10,969 nucleotides of DNA from a virus (lineage: Duplodnaviria > Heunggongvirae > Uroviricota > Caudoviricetes): the IMG/VR virus record IMGVR_UViG_2541047679_000011. One strand, given 5' to 3'. The position numbers were made by a program, and so were the translations under genes. The notes below the pieces were generated by a model. The model worked only from the letters and a program-made list of their open reading frames with translations, made no database searches and had not been told where the DNA came from. Positions 1 through 7,077 of the stretch are shown in pieces (the first letter of the stretch is position 1; each line of letters opens with the position of its first letter).

Positions 1-603
1 GTGCTGATTGGCTATGTAAGGGTATCAACAAATGACCAGAATACAGACCTGCAACGAAACGCTCTTGTTTGTGCAGGATGTGAACAAATATTTGAAGATA
101 AATTAAGCGGGACAAAGACAGACCGACCGGGATTAAAACGCGCTTTAAAGCGCCTTCAAAAAGGTGACACGCTGGTTGTCTGGAAACTGGATCGCCTCGG
201 GCGAAGCATGAAACATCTGATTTCTCTCGTCGGGGAACTACGGGAGCGAGGAATTAATTTTCGCAGTCTGACCGACAGCATAGATACATCTTCTCCAATG
301 GGGCGTTTTTTCTTCCACGTGATGGGTGCCCTGGCTGAAATGGAACGTGAATTAATTGTTGAACGTACACTGGCCGGACTGGCGGCAGCGCGTGCACGGG
401 GGCGCACAGGCGGACGTCGACCGAAGCTGACAAAAGAACAGCATGAGCAAATAGCAAGGCTGATCAAAAACGGGCACGACAGAAAACAACTGGCAATAAT
501 TTACGGCATTGGTATATCGACGATTTATCGTTACCACCCCGCAGGAGAATCAAGCGGAACAATAGAGAAGAGTCAGGAAACAAATAAATATCCTCCGGCA
601 TAG
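1..603 (+). CDS. Serine recombinase / site-specific DNA invertase, Hin/Gin/Pin/Cin family
   Basis: 200-aa ORF with GTG start at window position 1. The N-terminus MLIGYVRVSTNDQNTDLQRNAL carries the catalytic Ser in the YVRVST motif typical of resolvase/invertase enzymes. The C-terminal helix-turn-helix (QLAIIYGIGISTIYRY) and the 190-200 aa length match Pin/Hin/Gin. Upstream sequence, including any RBS or crossover site, lies outside the window. Confidence 0.9.
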   Translation: MLIGYVRVSTNDQNTDLQRNALVCAGCEQIFEDKLSGTKTDRPGLKRALKRLQKGDTLVVWKLDRLGRSMKHLISLVGELRERGINFRSLTDSIDTSSPMGRFFFHVMGALAEMERELIVERTLAGLAAARARGRTGGRRPKLTKEQHEQIARLIKNGHDRKQLAIIYGIGISTIYRYHPAGESSGTIEKSQETNKYPPA

Positions 604-615
604 CCGGAGGTTTTT
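592..615 (+). terminator. Perfect 8-bp GC-rich hairpin followed by a T5 run, overlapping the invertase stop codon; either an intrinsic terminator or the IS200 subterminal hairpin
   Basis: Read directly: cctccggc (592-599), loop ata, gccggagg (603-610), then ttttt (611-615). The invertase TAG (601-603) sits in the loop/stem. It cannot be decided from sequence alone whether this hairpin belongs to the host gene or to the IS200 right end. Confidence 0.45.
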
Positions 616-691
616 CAAATGCGCCTATAAGGCTCTCTTACCAGCCGCGCCCTAACAGGCGCACACGATCTGACATTTGCATCCAACTTCG

Positions 692-1150
692 TTACTTACG
701 GCCCGTAAACGGGCTGCCCGGATAGGGAATCGATAACTGCTCTCCCATTTTATCCTCTTCAAGCTGGTGCTTTATGTAATCCTGTATCTTCGCCGTGTTC
801 TTACCCACCGTATCGACGTAATACCCTCTGCACCAGAACTCCCTGTTCCTGTATTTGAATTTCAAATCACCAAACTGCTCGTAAAGCATCAGACTGCTTT
901 TCCCTTTCAGATATCCCATAAAGCCTGATACGCTCATTTTGGGCGGGATCTCCACAAGCATATGGATATGATCTGCACAGCATTCAGCTTCCAGAATCCG
1001 TACACTTTTCCACTCACACAGCTTTCTCAAAATACAGCCTATTGCTCTACGCTTCTCTCTGTAGAACACCTGTCTTCGGTATTTTGGCGCAAATACTATG
1101 TGATATTTACAGTTCCATCGGGTGTGCGCTAAGCTCTTTTCGTTCCCCAT
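692..1150 (-). CDS. tnpA: IS200 transposase TnpA (Y1 HUH transposase, 152 aa)
   Basis: Translation MGNEKSLAHTRWNCKYHIVFAPKYRRQVFY...HIHMLVEIPPKMSVSGFMGYLKG...YVDTVGKNTAKIQDYIKHQLEEDK shows the HxH (HIHMLV) motif and the catalytic Tyr region typical of IS200 TnpA. The track ORF 692-1201 starts 17 codons further upstream at a poorer start; ATG at 1148-1150 is preceded by an AAGGGGG SD (minus strand). Confidence 0.9.
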   Translation of the reverse strand: MGNEKSLAHTRWNCKYHIVFAPKYRRQVFYREKRRAIGCILRKLCEWKSVRILEAECCADHIHMLVEIPPKMSVSGFMGYLKGKSSLMLYEQFGDLKFKYRNREFWCRGYYVDTVGKNTAKIQDYIKHQLEEDKMGEQLSIPYPGSPFTGRK

Positions 1151-1151
1151 T

Positions 1152-1229
1152 GGGACCCCCTTTTGATTTCTTGTTTGACACTTGCAGTTGCCAGACCGCA
1201 AGGTGTTTTAACAAATCAAAAGGGGTTTT
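1152..1229 (-). promoter_or_regulatory. IS200 tnpA 5'UTR stem-loop that can sequester the ribosome-binding site
   Basis: On the minus-strand mRNA, upstream CCCCUUUU (plus-strand 1218-1229 aaaaggggtttt) is complementary to AAAAGGGG, which overlaps the SD just 5' of the tnpA ATG (plus-strand 1152-1165). IS200 translation is known to be repressed by such a 5'UTR structure. Confidence 0.45.
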
Positions 1230-1262
1230 AATAACTAGCTCAAAGCTGAAAGCTTTCCGGAA

Positions 1263-1285
1263 CCCCCAGCCTAGCTGGGGGTTTT
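1263..1285. other. Perfect palindrome hairpin at the IS200 left end (8-bp stem, 3-nt loop) with a T4 run on the plus strand
   Basis: cccccagc (1263-1270), loop cta, gctggggg (1274-1281), then tttt (1282-1285). This is consistent with the subterminal hairpin / transcription-blocking structure described for the IS200 left end; the assignment rests on position relative to tnpA. Confidence 0.5.
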
Positions 1286-1297
1286 CTGTGCACAAAT

Positions 1298-1326
1298 AAC
1301 CGCTAATCTGACCATTAGCGGTTTTT
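1298..1326. terminator. Bidirectional intrinsic terminator between IS200 and the tail operon end (downstream of U)
   Basis: Perfect 10-bp stem aaccgctaat (1298-1307), loop ctgacc, attagcggtt (1314-1323), followed by ttt(g)t on the plus strand and preceded by an A-rich run, which gives a U-tract on the minus strand. It lies 8 nt downstream of the U stop codon (1335-1337, minus). Confidence 0.55.
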
Positions 1327-1334
1327 GTGTTAAA

Positions 1335-1829
1335 TCAGAACAGCCCTTTAACTGAACTGGCCGCGCTGTTAAGAGATGATGTCACCTTATCTTTGAAGCC
1401 GGACAGCATATCGCTGAACGATGAGGATTGCAGGCGCTCCCGCAAATCCTCATCACAGCGTTCAAGGGTCAGTGAAAATTCTATCTTTTTCGCCTTACCG
1501 TAGCGATCAAACTCGGAACGGGTCGTATTCGTTTCAGTCAGCACATACATGCCGTAAATCTGCCCGACACCATCAATCAGAGGCCAGGGGCGTCCTGTAT
1601 ATGCCTGCGTGGTCAGCAACGAAAGCGACACTTCGCCACCTGTAATTTCAGGATAAAGCACGCCAGAAAGCACAATGCGATCATCACCTGCACCGATATA
1701 CTGCCAGCTTGCTGAGCGGTTAACGCGTTCATTTTTCACATGCCGCCAGCTTTTGTTTTGCTGTAACTGCTGATGCGGCAATGTGCGCAGCTCAAAAACA
1801 AACATGCCGTAGATCATCATCATGGCCAT
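1335..1829 (-). CDS. Phage tail protein, P2 gpU-like
   Basis: 164-aa ORF immediately downstream of the tape measure gene, in the P2 FETU order. Size and position match gpU (about 160 aa). Family assignment is from gene order and recalled similarity, not a search. Confidence 0.78.
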   Translation of the reverse strand: MAMMMIYGMFVFELRTLPHQQLQQNKSWRHVKNERVNRSASWQYIGAGDDRIVLSGVLYPEITGGEVSLSLLTTQAYTGRPWPLIDGVGQIYGMYVLTETNTTRSEFDRYGKAKKIEFSLTLERCDEDLRERLQSSSFSDMLSGFKDKVTSSLNSAASSVKGLF

Positions 1830-1835
1830 GACTCC

Positions 1836-4652
1836 TCAATCTTTATCGTAAAAACTGCCACGTCCGGCACGGGCGCGCCGTTCCATCTCTGCCCTGACCA
1901 TTTCACCGACCAGTTTCGCCAGTTCGCGGGGATTCTGCGTAACAACGTTATGCAGATGGACATGAATTTCACCACCAAATCCGGAGGCAACAGGCTCCCG
2001 GTTACGGGAAGTTACAGGAACTGATGCCACTGGCGATCGTATGGCCTCCGCCACCGGGCGGGAGCTGGCCGCAACAACAGGGACCAGCGCCGGAGGCAGC
2101 GGAGCCGGGACCACGGGGGTGATATTAATTGCGGGGGCAGGCTTACTGACCTGCGCAATCTTCCGCTCCTGCCACTCCCCACGAACAGCAAGTGCGCGGG
2201 GCAGGTTCTTAAAGACAATATCGCCGGGGCCAATGCGTTTTTTCGTCTCATCAACCAGCTTACCTGTGTTATCAGCAATTTTGCTGAGTCTGCGTAGCGT
2301 CCCGGTATTGCTGTCTGTGAGCGGTTTGTTGTCTTTGGGTTTATCACCTCCGGTGCCATTGCCATTTTCCACAGGCTTCGGCGGATTGATTTTCGCCAGG
2401 TCCCCCTGAAGCAAGGCAACCTTGTCCTGAAGAATGGCCGCACGCTGTGCGTCTTCGATTTTCTTGCGCGCCCTTTCCGCTTCATCCGGAAGGACGCCAA
2501 GTTTTTCAAGTATCCACGCCAGCGTATCCAGTAGCATTTTTGCAGGTGTCAGAACAAGTTGTAACGCACCGCCAAGAACGTTACCGAATATCTCGCCAGC
2601 ACTGGTACATTTATCCAGCGTTTCCTTGCTGGACTCCATCGGTGACAGCAGCGATTTAAACCAGTTAAACACCAGGCTGATCCCGCTTCCGATTGCGTCA
2701 AAAACAGGACCAAACCGTTCAAAGGTTTCGCGCAACGGGGTCAGCCTTTCCATAATCCCGCTGAACACCCCGGCAAAAAATGCCCTGATGGGATCCCAGT
2801 ATTTCCAGATAAGAACGGCAGCTCCGGCAAGCGCAGCCACGATAAGACCAACCGGACTGAACAGCGCCCCGATAGCGCCTCCCAGTAAAGAAACGGAACC
2901 CGTCACCATTCCCCACAGCGCAGGCAACACCCTGACGACATTCATTGACCGGGTAAGAATGTCAAAACCAAGACGCAGGGTGGCCAGCTTCCCGTAAAGC
3001 ACCCCAATAACCAGCGACAACGAGCCAATCGTTGCAGTCATTGCCAGCAACGCACCGCCTGCTATCAGTAGCTGGCGCGTCAGCACCGGATGGGCCTGCG
3101 CCAGCGAGGTGATTTTTTCAAGCACCCGCGTGAGCCACTGCGTGACAGAACGCAGCGGACCGTCAACCAGATCACTGATGCGAATACGAAGACCTTCCCA
3201 TGCGCTGTCGAGATTTTTCAGGTCCCCATCAAGATTATCGGCCATTACTTTTGCGACGCGATCGGCCTCTCCCCTTGCCCCCTGCAATTCTCTGGTCAGT
3301 TTTTGCAGCTCTCCTGAACCAGCCGCCGCAACAAGCGTCTGCAAACCAACGAACGCCTCTTCTCCGGCGATGTCCTTGAAGAAGGAAACCTGGTCCACCT
3401 GTCCGTATTTTTGTGTCGCCTTATAAAGATCAAGCAGCACATTCTCCATCGGGCGCATTTTGCCTCTGGCGTCAGCAACTGACACTCCCAGCTCTTTCAG
3501 CGCATCAGCCGCAGCTTTTGGCGGTGATGCAAGGCGGGACAGACTTGCGCGCATGGCCGTACCAGCATCGCTTCCGCGAAGACCATTATTGGCAAGCATC
3601 CCGGCCATGGCTGCCGCTTCTTCAAGACTGATACCAAGTTTTGCGGCAACCGGACCGGTATACTTCATGGTTTCGCCCAGCGCGCGTAAATCAGTATTGG
3701 TCCGGGTGAATGCCGCTGTCAGCGTATCGCCAACCCGGTCCATTTGATCGGCTGTCAGGTTGAACTGTGTGAGGATATTGGAGCCTATATCAGCCGTCTC
3801 GCCGAGTTCGACGCCACCTGCCAGCGCCATATTAAGAACACCGGGCAATGCGGCCTGAATGGCCTGCGGAGTAAAACCAGCCATTGCCAGAAAGCTCTGC
3901 CCACTGGCGGCATCACTCGCAGTAAACTGTGTTTCAGAGCCAAGTTTTAACGCCTGCTCACGCAGCGCCTTAAACTGCGGGCTGTTTTTGTCGATTCGCG
4001 TCAGTGCCTGAACGCGGGACATCTCTTTGCCGAACCCGATCGCAGGCTGCAAAAAACGCCCGGCAGCATAGCCGCCCGCCGCTGCCGCACCAATTGCCAG
4101 TGCACCACCTGTTTTCAGTTTTCCCGCTGTTTCCTGCGCGCGCGAATACCGCTCACGCGCCCGCGTTACACGCGCAAGCGCCTGCCGTTCGCGTTCAAGC
4201 TGGTTGTTGTACTGTTCGGTGCGTCTGATGGCCTGCTGGATGGTGTTATCGCTGCCTGTCAGGGAAATGCCGTGGCGTTTCAGCTCTCCGCCAAGCTCCC
4301 GCATTTTTTGAATTTCCCGTGTGCGCGATTCATTCAGGCGTTCAAGCCGGGTGCTTAACTGCTGCATCAGCTTTTGTTGTTTTTCGCTGAGCACTGTACC
4401 CGTGCGTTGTAACTGATTAAGGGCGTTAAGCTGGCGTCGTGCTTTCACGATGCCCGCATCCGCTTTACTGACAGCGTCACGGGCGCGCTCAAATGAACGC
4501 GCCTGACGCTCGAGATTTTTGATCGCCCCCTGCGTTCGCTGGATGGAGTCACCAAACTGCCCCATCAGGCGGCGGGCGTTTTCGGCAGGCCGGGTCAGCC
4601 TGTCAACGGCGCTGAAAGCGACCCGGATATCAAGAGTCTTCATTATCTGCAT
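1836..4652 (-). CDS. Phage tail tape measure protein (P2 gpT-like)
   Basis: 938-aa ORF with a coiled-coil, Q/R/E/L-rich N-terminal half, a central cluster of hydrophobic Gly/Ala-rich helices (LLIAGGALLAMTATIGSLSLVIGVLYG..., AALAGAAVLIWKYW) and a Pro-rich C-terminus, as expected for a tape measure protein. It follows the E/E' pair. An alternative start at ATG 4641-4643 (MKTLDIR) has better SD spacing. Confidence 0.9.
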   Translation of the reverse strand: MQIMKTLDIRVAFSAVDRLTRPAENARRLMGQFGDSIQRTQGAIKNLERQARSFERARDAVSKADAGIVKARRQLNALNQLQRTGTVLSEKQQKLMQQLSTRLERLNESRTREIQKMRELGGELKRHGISLTGSDNTIQQAIRRTEQYNNQLERERQALARVTRARERYSRAQETAGKLKTGGALAIGAAAAGGYAAGRFLQPAIGFGKEMSRVQALTRIDKNSPQFKALREQALKLGSETQFTASDAASGQSFLAMAGFTPQAIQAALPGVLNMALAGGVELGETADIGSNILTQFNLTADQMDRVGDTLTAAFTRTNTDLRALGETMKYTGPVAAKLGISLEEAAAMAGMLANNGLRGSDAGTAMRASLSRLASPPKAAADALKELGVSVADARGKMRPMENVLLDLYKATQKYGQVDQVSFFKDIAGEEAFVGLQTLVAAAGSGELQKLTRELQGARGEADRVAKVMADNLDGDLKNLDSAWEGLRIRISDLVDGPLRSVTQWLTRVLEKITSLAQAHPVLTRQLLIAGGALLAMTATIGSLSLVIGVLYGKLATLRLGFDILTRSMNVVRVLPALWGMVTGSVSLLGGAIGALFSPVGLIVAALAGAAVLIWKYWDPIRAFFAGVFSGIMERLTPLRETFERFGPVFDAIGSGISLVFNWFKSLLSPMESSKETLDKCTSAGEIFGNVLGGALQLVLTPAKMLLDTLAWILEKLGVLPDEAERARKKIEDAQRAAILQDKVALLQGDLAKINPPKPVENGNGTGGDKPKDNKPLTDSNTGTLRRLSKIADNTGKLVDETKKRIGPGDIVFKNLPRALAVRGEWQERKIAQVSKPAPAINITPVVPAPLPPALVPVVAASSRPVAEAIRSPVASVPVTSRNREPVASGFGGEIHVHLHNVVTQNPRELAKLVGEMVRAEMERRARAGRGSFYDKD

Positions 4653-5168
4653 TCCCGCTGCGAAGTGCCGCCCGCTCGCGCCAGCTAACCACTTCGCCGG
4701 GCGTCATCATGAAGATTTCGGCGGGCGACCAGTTAAAAATGGCGGCAATATCCGCCACCAGATCTTCGATGTGCTCAAAGCACACCAGGGTGATTACGCT
4801 GCCGTCTCCTGCACGCTCTTCGCGCCAGAGTCTGGCTCGCTCATAAAATTTACAGCCACAGCGCACAACTGAATAAAATCGCGTGACGACATTTTTTTAA
4901 TCATCACTTCATCCAGTCGTGGCGAGGTCACGCGAGGCAACAGCGTAAACATGGTATCCGCTTTCAGATTCAGCACATCAGACAGCGACAGACCACGCAG
5001 GGATCCAGCCTGCTCAATAGCCCCGGTGATCTCCACATACGTGATTTTTTCGCCACCACGCTCAATTGGTCGGGTCAGTTTTACGCCACGTTCGACAGCC
5101 ATATCCTCACCTGCCGTCACATCATCCGCCACGGTGTTATTCCGGGTTTCAGTATCGATGTCTTTCAT
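4630..5168 (-). CDS. gpE+E' fusion product made by programmed -1 ribosomal frameshift (predicted)
   Basis: The -1 frame relative to E is open from the TAA at 4897-4899 (minus) down to 4630 and overlaps the T start by about 23 nt. Two slippery candidates lie in the E frame inside this window: an A7 run (minus strand, plus-strand T7 at 4892-4898) and the heptamer A_AAT_TTT (minus, 4851-4845). The feature is a join across the shift site; the exact site is undetermined. Confidence 0.55.
4794..5168 (-). CDS. Tail assembly chaperone, P2 gpE-like
   Basis: 124-aa ORF between the tube gene and the tape measure gene. It has an AAGGAG SD 7 nt upstream of the ATG. Its 3' part overlaps a -1-frame ORF that runs into the start of T, which is the E/E' arrangement of P2-like phages. 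Confidence 0.75.
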   Translation of the reverse strand: MKDIDTETRNNTVADDVTAGEDMAVERGVKLTRPIERGGEKITYVEITGAIEQAGSLRGLSLSDVLNLKADTMFTLLPRVTSPRLDEVMIKKMSSRDFIQLCAVAVNFMSEPDSGAKSVQETAA

Positions 5169-5223
5169 CAGTTGTCTCCTTTTCAGTCAGAGGCGACGCA
5201 CTGCGCCGCCTGCATATTACTTA

Positions 5224-5736
5224 TCAGCCAAGCCCAAGCGCGGAACGGATACGGTCAGGCACAATGTCCTTGCCGTCCTTCCGGTAGATGTGGTTCAACA
5301 GGTCGATTTCCCACAGCGGGCGATCGTTAACGCTCAGCTTGTAGTAGGTGTTTTTGACAGCGTAAGTGTGTGATGTGGCTTCGCCCTGTTTGGCTTCCCC
5401 CATATCAATTTCCGTCACACGCCCGCGCATCTCGATTTCATACAGATCGCTTTCTGCATCGGTGTAGTATTCACCCGCAAAACGCAGCAGCGTGCCGTCA
5501 ATCGTGCCGCCATATTTAAGGAACAGCGCACGAACAGCTCCCCCCATAACAAAACTCGCATCAAGCGCGGAGTCGTCCAGACCGAGATCAATACTTACCG
5601 CCCCCATCATGCCACCACCACGATAGCTGTCGGTTTTGCGCGTCAGTTTGGGCGGCGTGACGGACGTCACCTTACCCACTTCGTTTTCACCATCCACAAA
5701 CAGCGTAAAAAAGCGAAGATGTTTTGGTACAGCCAT
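5224..5736 (-). CDS. Major tail tube protein, P2 gpFII-like
   Basis: 170-aa ORF with translation MAVPKHLRFFTLFVDGENEVGKVTSVTPPKLTRKTDSYRGGGMMGAVSIDLGLDD...MRGR...EIDLLNHIYRKDGKD, resembling P2 FII (tube) in length and motifs (PKLTRK, DLGLDD). The start overlaps the FI stop (TGATG) and is preceded by a GGGAGGTG SD. Confidence 0.9.
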   Translation of the reverse strand: MAVPKHLRFFTLFVDGENEVGKVTSVTPPKLTRKTDSYRGGGMMGAVSIDLGLDDSALDASFVMGGAVRALFLKYGGTIDGTLLRFAGEYYTDAESDLYEIEMRGRVTEIDMGEAKQGEATSHTYAVKNTYYKLSVNDRPLWEIDLLNHIYRKDGKDIVPDRIRSALGLG

Positions 5737-6920
5737 CAGGCACCTCCCAGCACCGCAAATGCGGGACCAAAGAATTCATCAGTAAACGACTGGTAAAGCT
5801 CCATGTCTTCCAGCGGAGGAACGGGCGTATATTTGTAGCGAATACGCACACGCCCCTGACGTAAATTCGTGGTGCTGTTATCCACGATGTCATACCAGCA
5901 CTCCGCGCCAATCAGTTTCCCGGCAGTAACCAGTGAATCCAGTTTTGCCCTGATGGCACTGATAACATCCTTCACGTTCGCAGGCGTCAGTGGACTGTCG
6001 ATGGTTTCAAACTGCGCTTCCGCAATTGAATCAGCCAGCACCTGTGCGGTTCGGGTATACACCTCAAAGATGTAGGCGTTCGTTTCCGGTGTGCGGTTGC
6101 CCCAGAAGCGGAACCCGTTGCGACGAATAATGGTCGTGATTTCTTTGTTGTTGAGGCTGTTGGCATCGCTGTCTTCGGCCTGCAACGACCAGAACACATG
6201 CCTGGACATCCCCAGCACATTTTTAACCGGAACGTTGGACAGTGATTTGTGCCATCCCTGCTCATGGTCAATGTACGCACGAAGGCCGCACGCATAGGCA
6301 GGCGCGGGGAACGTTTCGTTTTTGCCACTTTTCGGGTTGTAGGCGATGAAGTCCGGCCATAAGAGCATCACCTCACGTTCATTGAATTTCTGGCGGTAGG
6401 TAATCGCCTCAGCCATCGTGTTACAGCCGTGACATGAGGCATACACAAACGCGCGCAGTTTACCCGCAATCACGCACAGGGATTTTGTTACCGCCTCCGT
6501 GTCCAGCTCCGGCGCGGCCAGAATACGCGGACGGTATCCGATGCTTTCATCCTGCTCTGCAACAAGCAGCGCATACATCCCCGTATAGCTGCCGTCAGAT
6601 TCAGAACCACCGATAACCAGTTGATCCTGCGTTTTTCCGTCTTCTTCTTTGTGTTCAGCCACGCGAACGACGATCACCTTTGTGCTCACCTGGTCTGCGA
6701 TGGCCTTAAGCGCACGATAAAGCGTCCCCGTTGTTCCGCATTTTCCCAGCACGTCATTGACGCGGGTCAGCAGTGTGGGCTTGTTCAGCGGGAACAGCTC
6801 CGCGTCCGCATCATCCGCCGTTGCCACGATACCGATAACACTGGAATCAACATCATTAATCGCTGTTACCAGGTCGGTACTTTCCGTAACACGGGCACCA
6901 TGAAAACGAGTTTCACTCAT
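5736..6920 (-). CDS. Contractile tail sheath protein, P2 gpFI-like
   Basis: 394-aa ORF with strong resemblance to P2 FI across its length (FPLNKP, KLRAF, WPDF, QGWHKSLSNV, IRRNGFRFWGNRT, YTRTAQV, YTPVPPLE). An AAGGGG SD lies 9 nt upstream of the ATG. Confidence 0.92.
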   Translation of the reverse strand: MSETRFHGARVTESTDLVTAINDVDSSVIGIVATADDADAELFPLNKPTLLTRVNDVLGKCGTTGTLYRALKAIADQVSTKVIVVRVAEHKEEDGKTQDQLVIGGSESDGSYTGMYALLVAEQDESIGYRPRILAAPELDTEAVTKSLCVIAGKLRAFVYASCHGCNTMAEAITYRQKFNEREVMLLWPDFIAYNPKSGKNETFPAPAYACGLRAYIDHEQGWHKSLSNVPVKNVLGMSRHVFWSLQAEDSDANSLNNKEITTIIRRNGFRFWGNRTPETNAYIFEVYTRTAQVLADSIAEAQFETIDSPLTPANVKDVISAIRAKLDSLVTAGKLIGAECWYDIVDNSTTNLRQGRVRIRYKYTPVPPLEDMELYQSFTDEFFGPAFAVLGGA

Positions 6921-7077
6921 AGCTTCAGCCCCTTGTATCCGTTAAATGATTCGGCAACAATCATCACCCACCACGCGCGTAATCTCACCCCTGCGCCGTT
7001 CTCCCGACCCGGCGACAACAAAAAGCAGTAACCCCCTCCGCACGCACATGCGACCATGCCGCACAGGGAGGGAACAG
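6921..7077. promoter_or_regulatory. Divergent FI / D intergenic region; presumed location of back-to-back late promoters
   Basis: 157-bp gap between the divergent start codons of FI (6918-6920, minus) and D (7078-7080, plus). P2 late operons are driven by Ogr-dependent promoters, but no clear TGT-N12-ACA Ogr box was found by eye, so the call is positional only. Confidence 0.3.

Larger units (their letters stand above)
590..1295 (-). mobile_element. IS200 insertion sequence (IS200/IS605 family); boundaries approximate, about +/-20 bp
   Basis: Contains a 152-aa Y1 HUH transposase ORF, perfect subterminal palindromes near both ends (592-610 and 1263-1281), and a 5'UTR stem that can sequester the tnpA Shine-Dalgarno. 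The span of roughly 700 bp agrees with the 707-709 bp reported for IS200. Exact termini were not determined. Confidence 0.7.

Noticed and set aside
156-537. Minus-strand ORFs overlapping the invertase gene (156-467, 254-457, 352-537)
   Set aside because: Antisense to a well-supported invertase CDS; no SD or recognisable motifs.
1151-1201. Longer tnpA start (track ORF 692-1201, MRSGNCKCQ...)
   Set aside because: IS200 TnpA is 152 aa. The upstream 17 codons overlap the 5'UTR SD-sequestering stem, and ATG 1148-1150 has the SD.
1042-1299. ORFs 1042-1299 (+) and 1107-1295 (-) within IS200
   Set aside because: They overlap the tnpA 5' end, UTR and hairpins. IS200 is known to encode a single protein.
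1836-4652. Antisense and overlapping ORFs inside the tape measure gene (for example 2012-2509, 2041-2409, 2434-2997, 3109-3426, 3460-3747)
   Set aside because: They lie within a strongly supported 938-aa CDS in high-GC DNA, give low-complexity Ala/Arg/Ser/Pro-rich translations and have no SD; typical spurious frames.
5869-7031. ORFs overlapping the sheath gene and the FI/D intergenic region (5987-6328, 6091-6297, 6434-6616, 6621-7031, 5869-6075, 5687-5911)
   Set aside because: Embedded in or antisense to the strongly supported FI CDS; no independent support.
6946-7077. Track ORF start at 6946 giving a 413-aa gpD with a 44-aa N-terminal extension (MIRQQSSPTTRV...)
   Set aside because: No SD at 6946; the extension is low-complexity and would occupy the divergent FI/D promoter region. 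ATG 7078 has a strong GGGAGGG SD and yields a gpD-like N-terminus.
1290-7077. Invertase-mediated inversion of the tail block via gix/hix-like crossover sites at the two junctions
   Set aside because: No 26-bp imperfect palindrome with the AAACC..GGTTT core characteristic of Gin/Hin/Pin sites was found at either junction (1290-1335 or 6921-7077). The cause of the inversion is left open.
6921-7077. Ogr-binding TGT-N12-ACA late-promoter boxes in the FI/D intergenic region
   Set aside because: Scanned by eye: TGT at 6934-6936 is not followed by ACA at the required spacing, and no ACA in the region has a TGT 15 nt upstream. The region is reported only as a positional promoter candidate.
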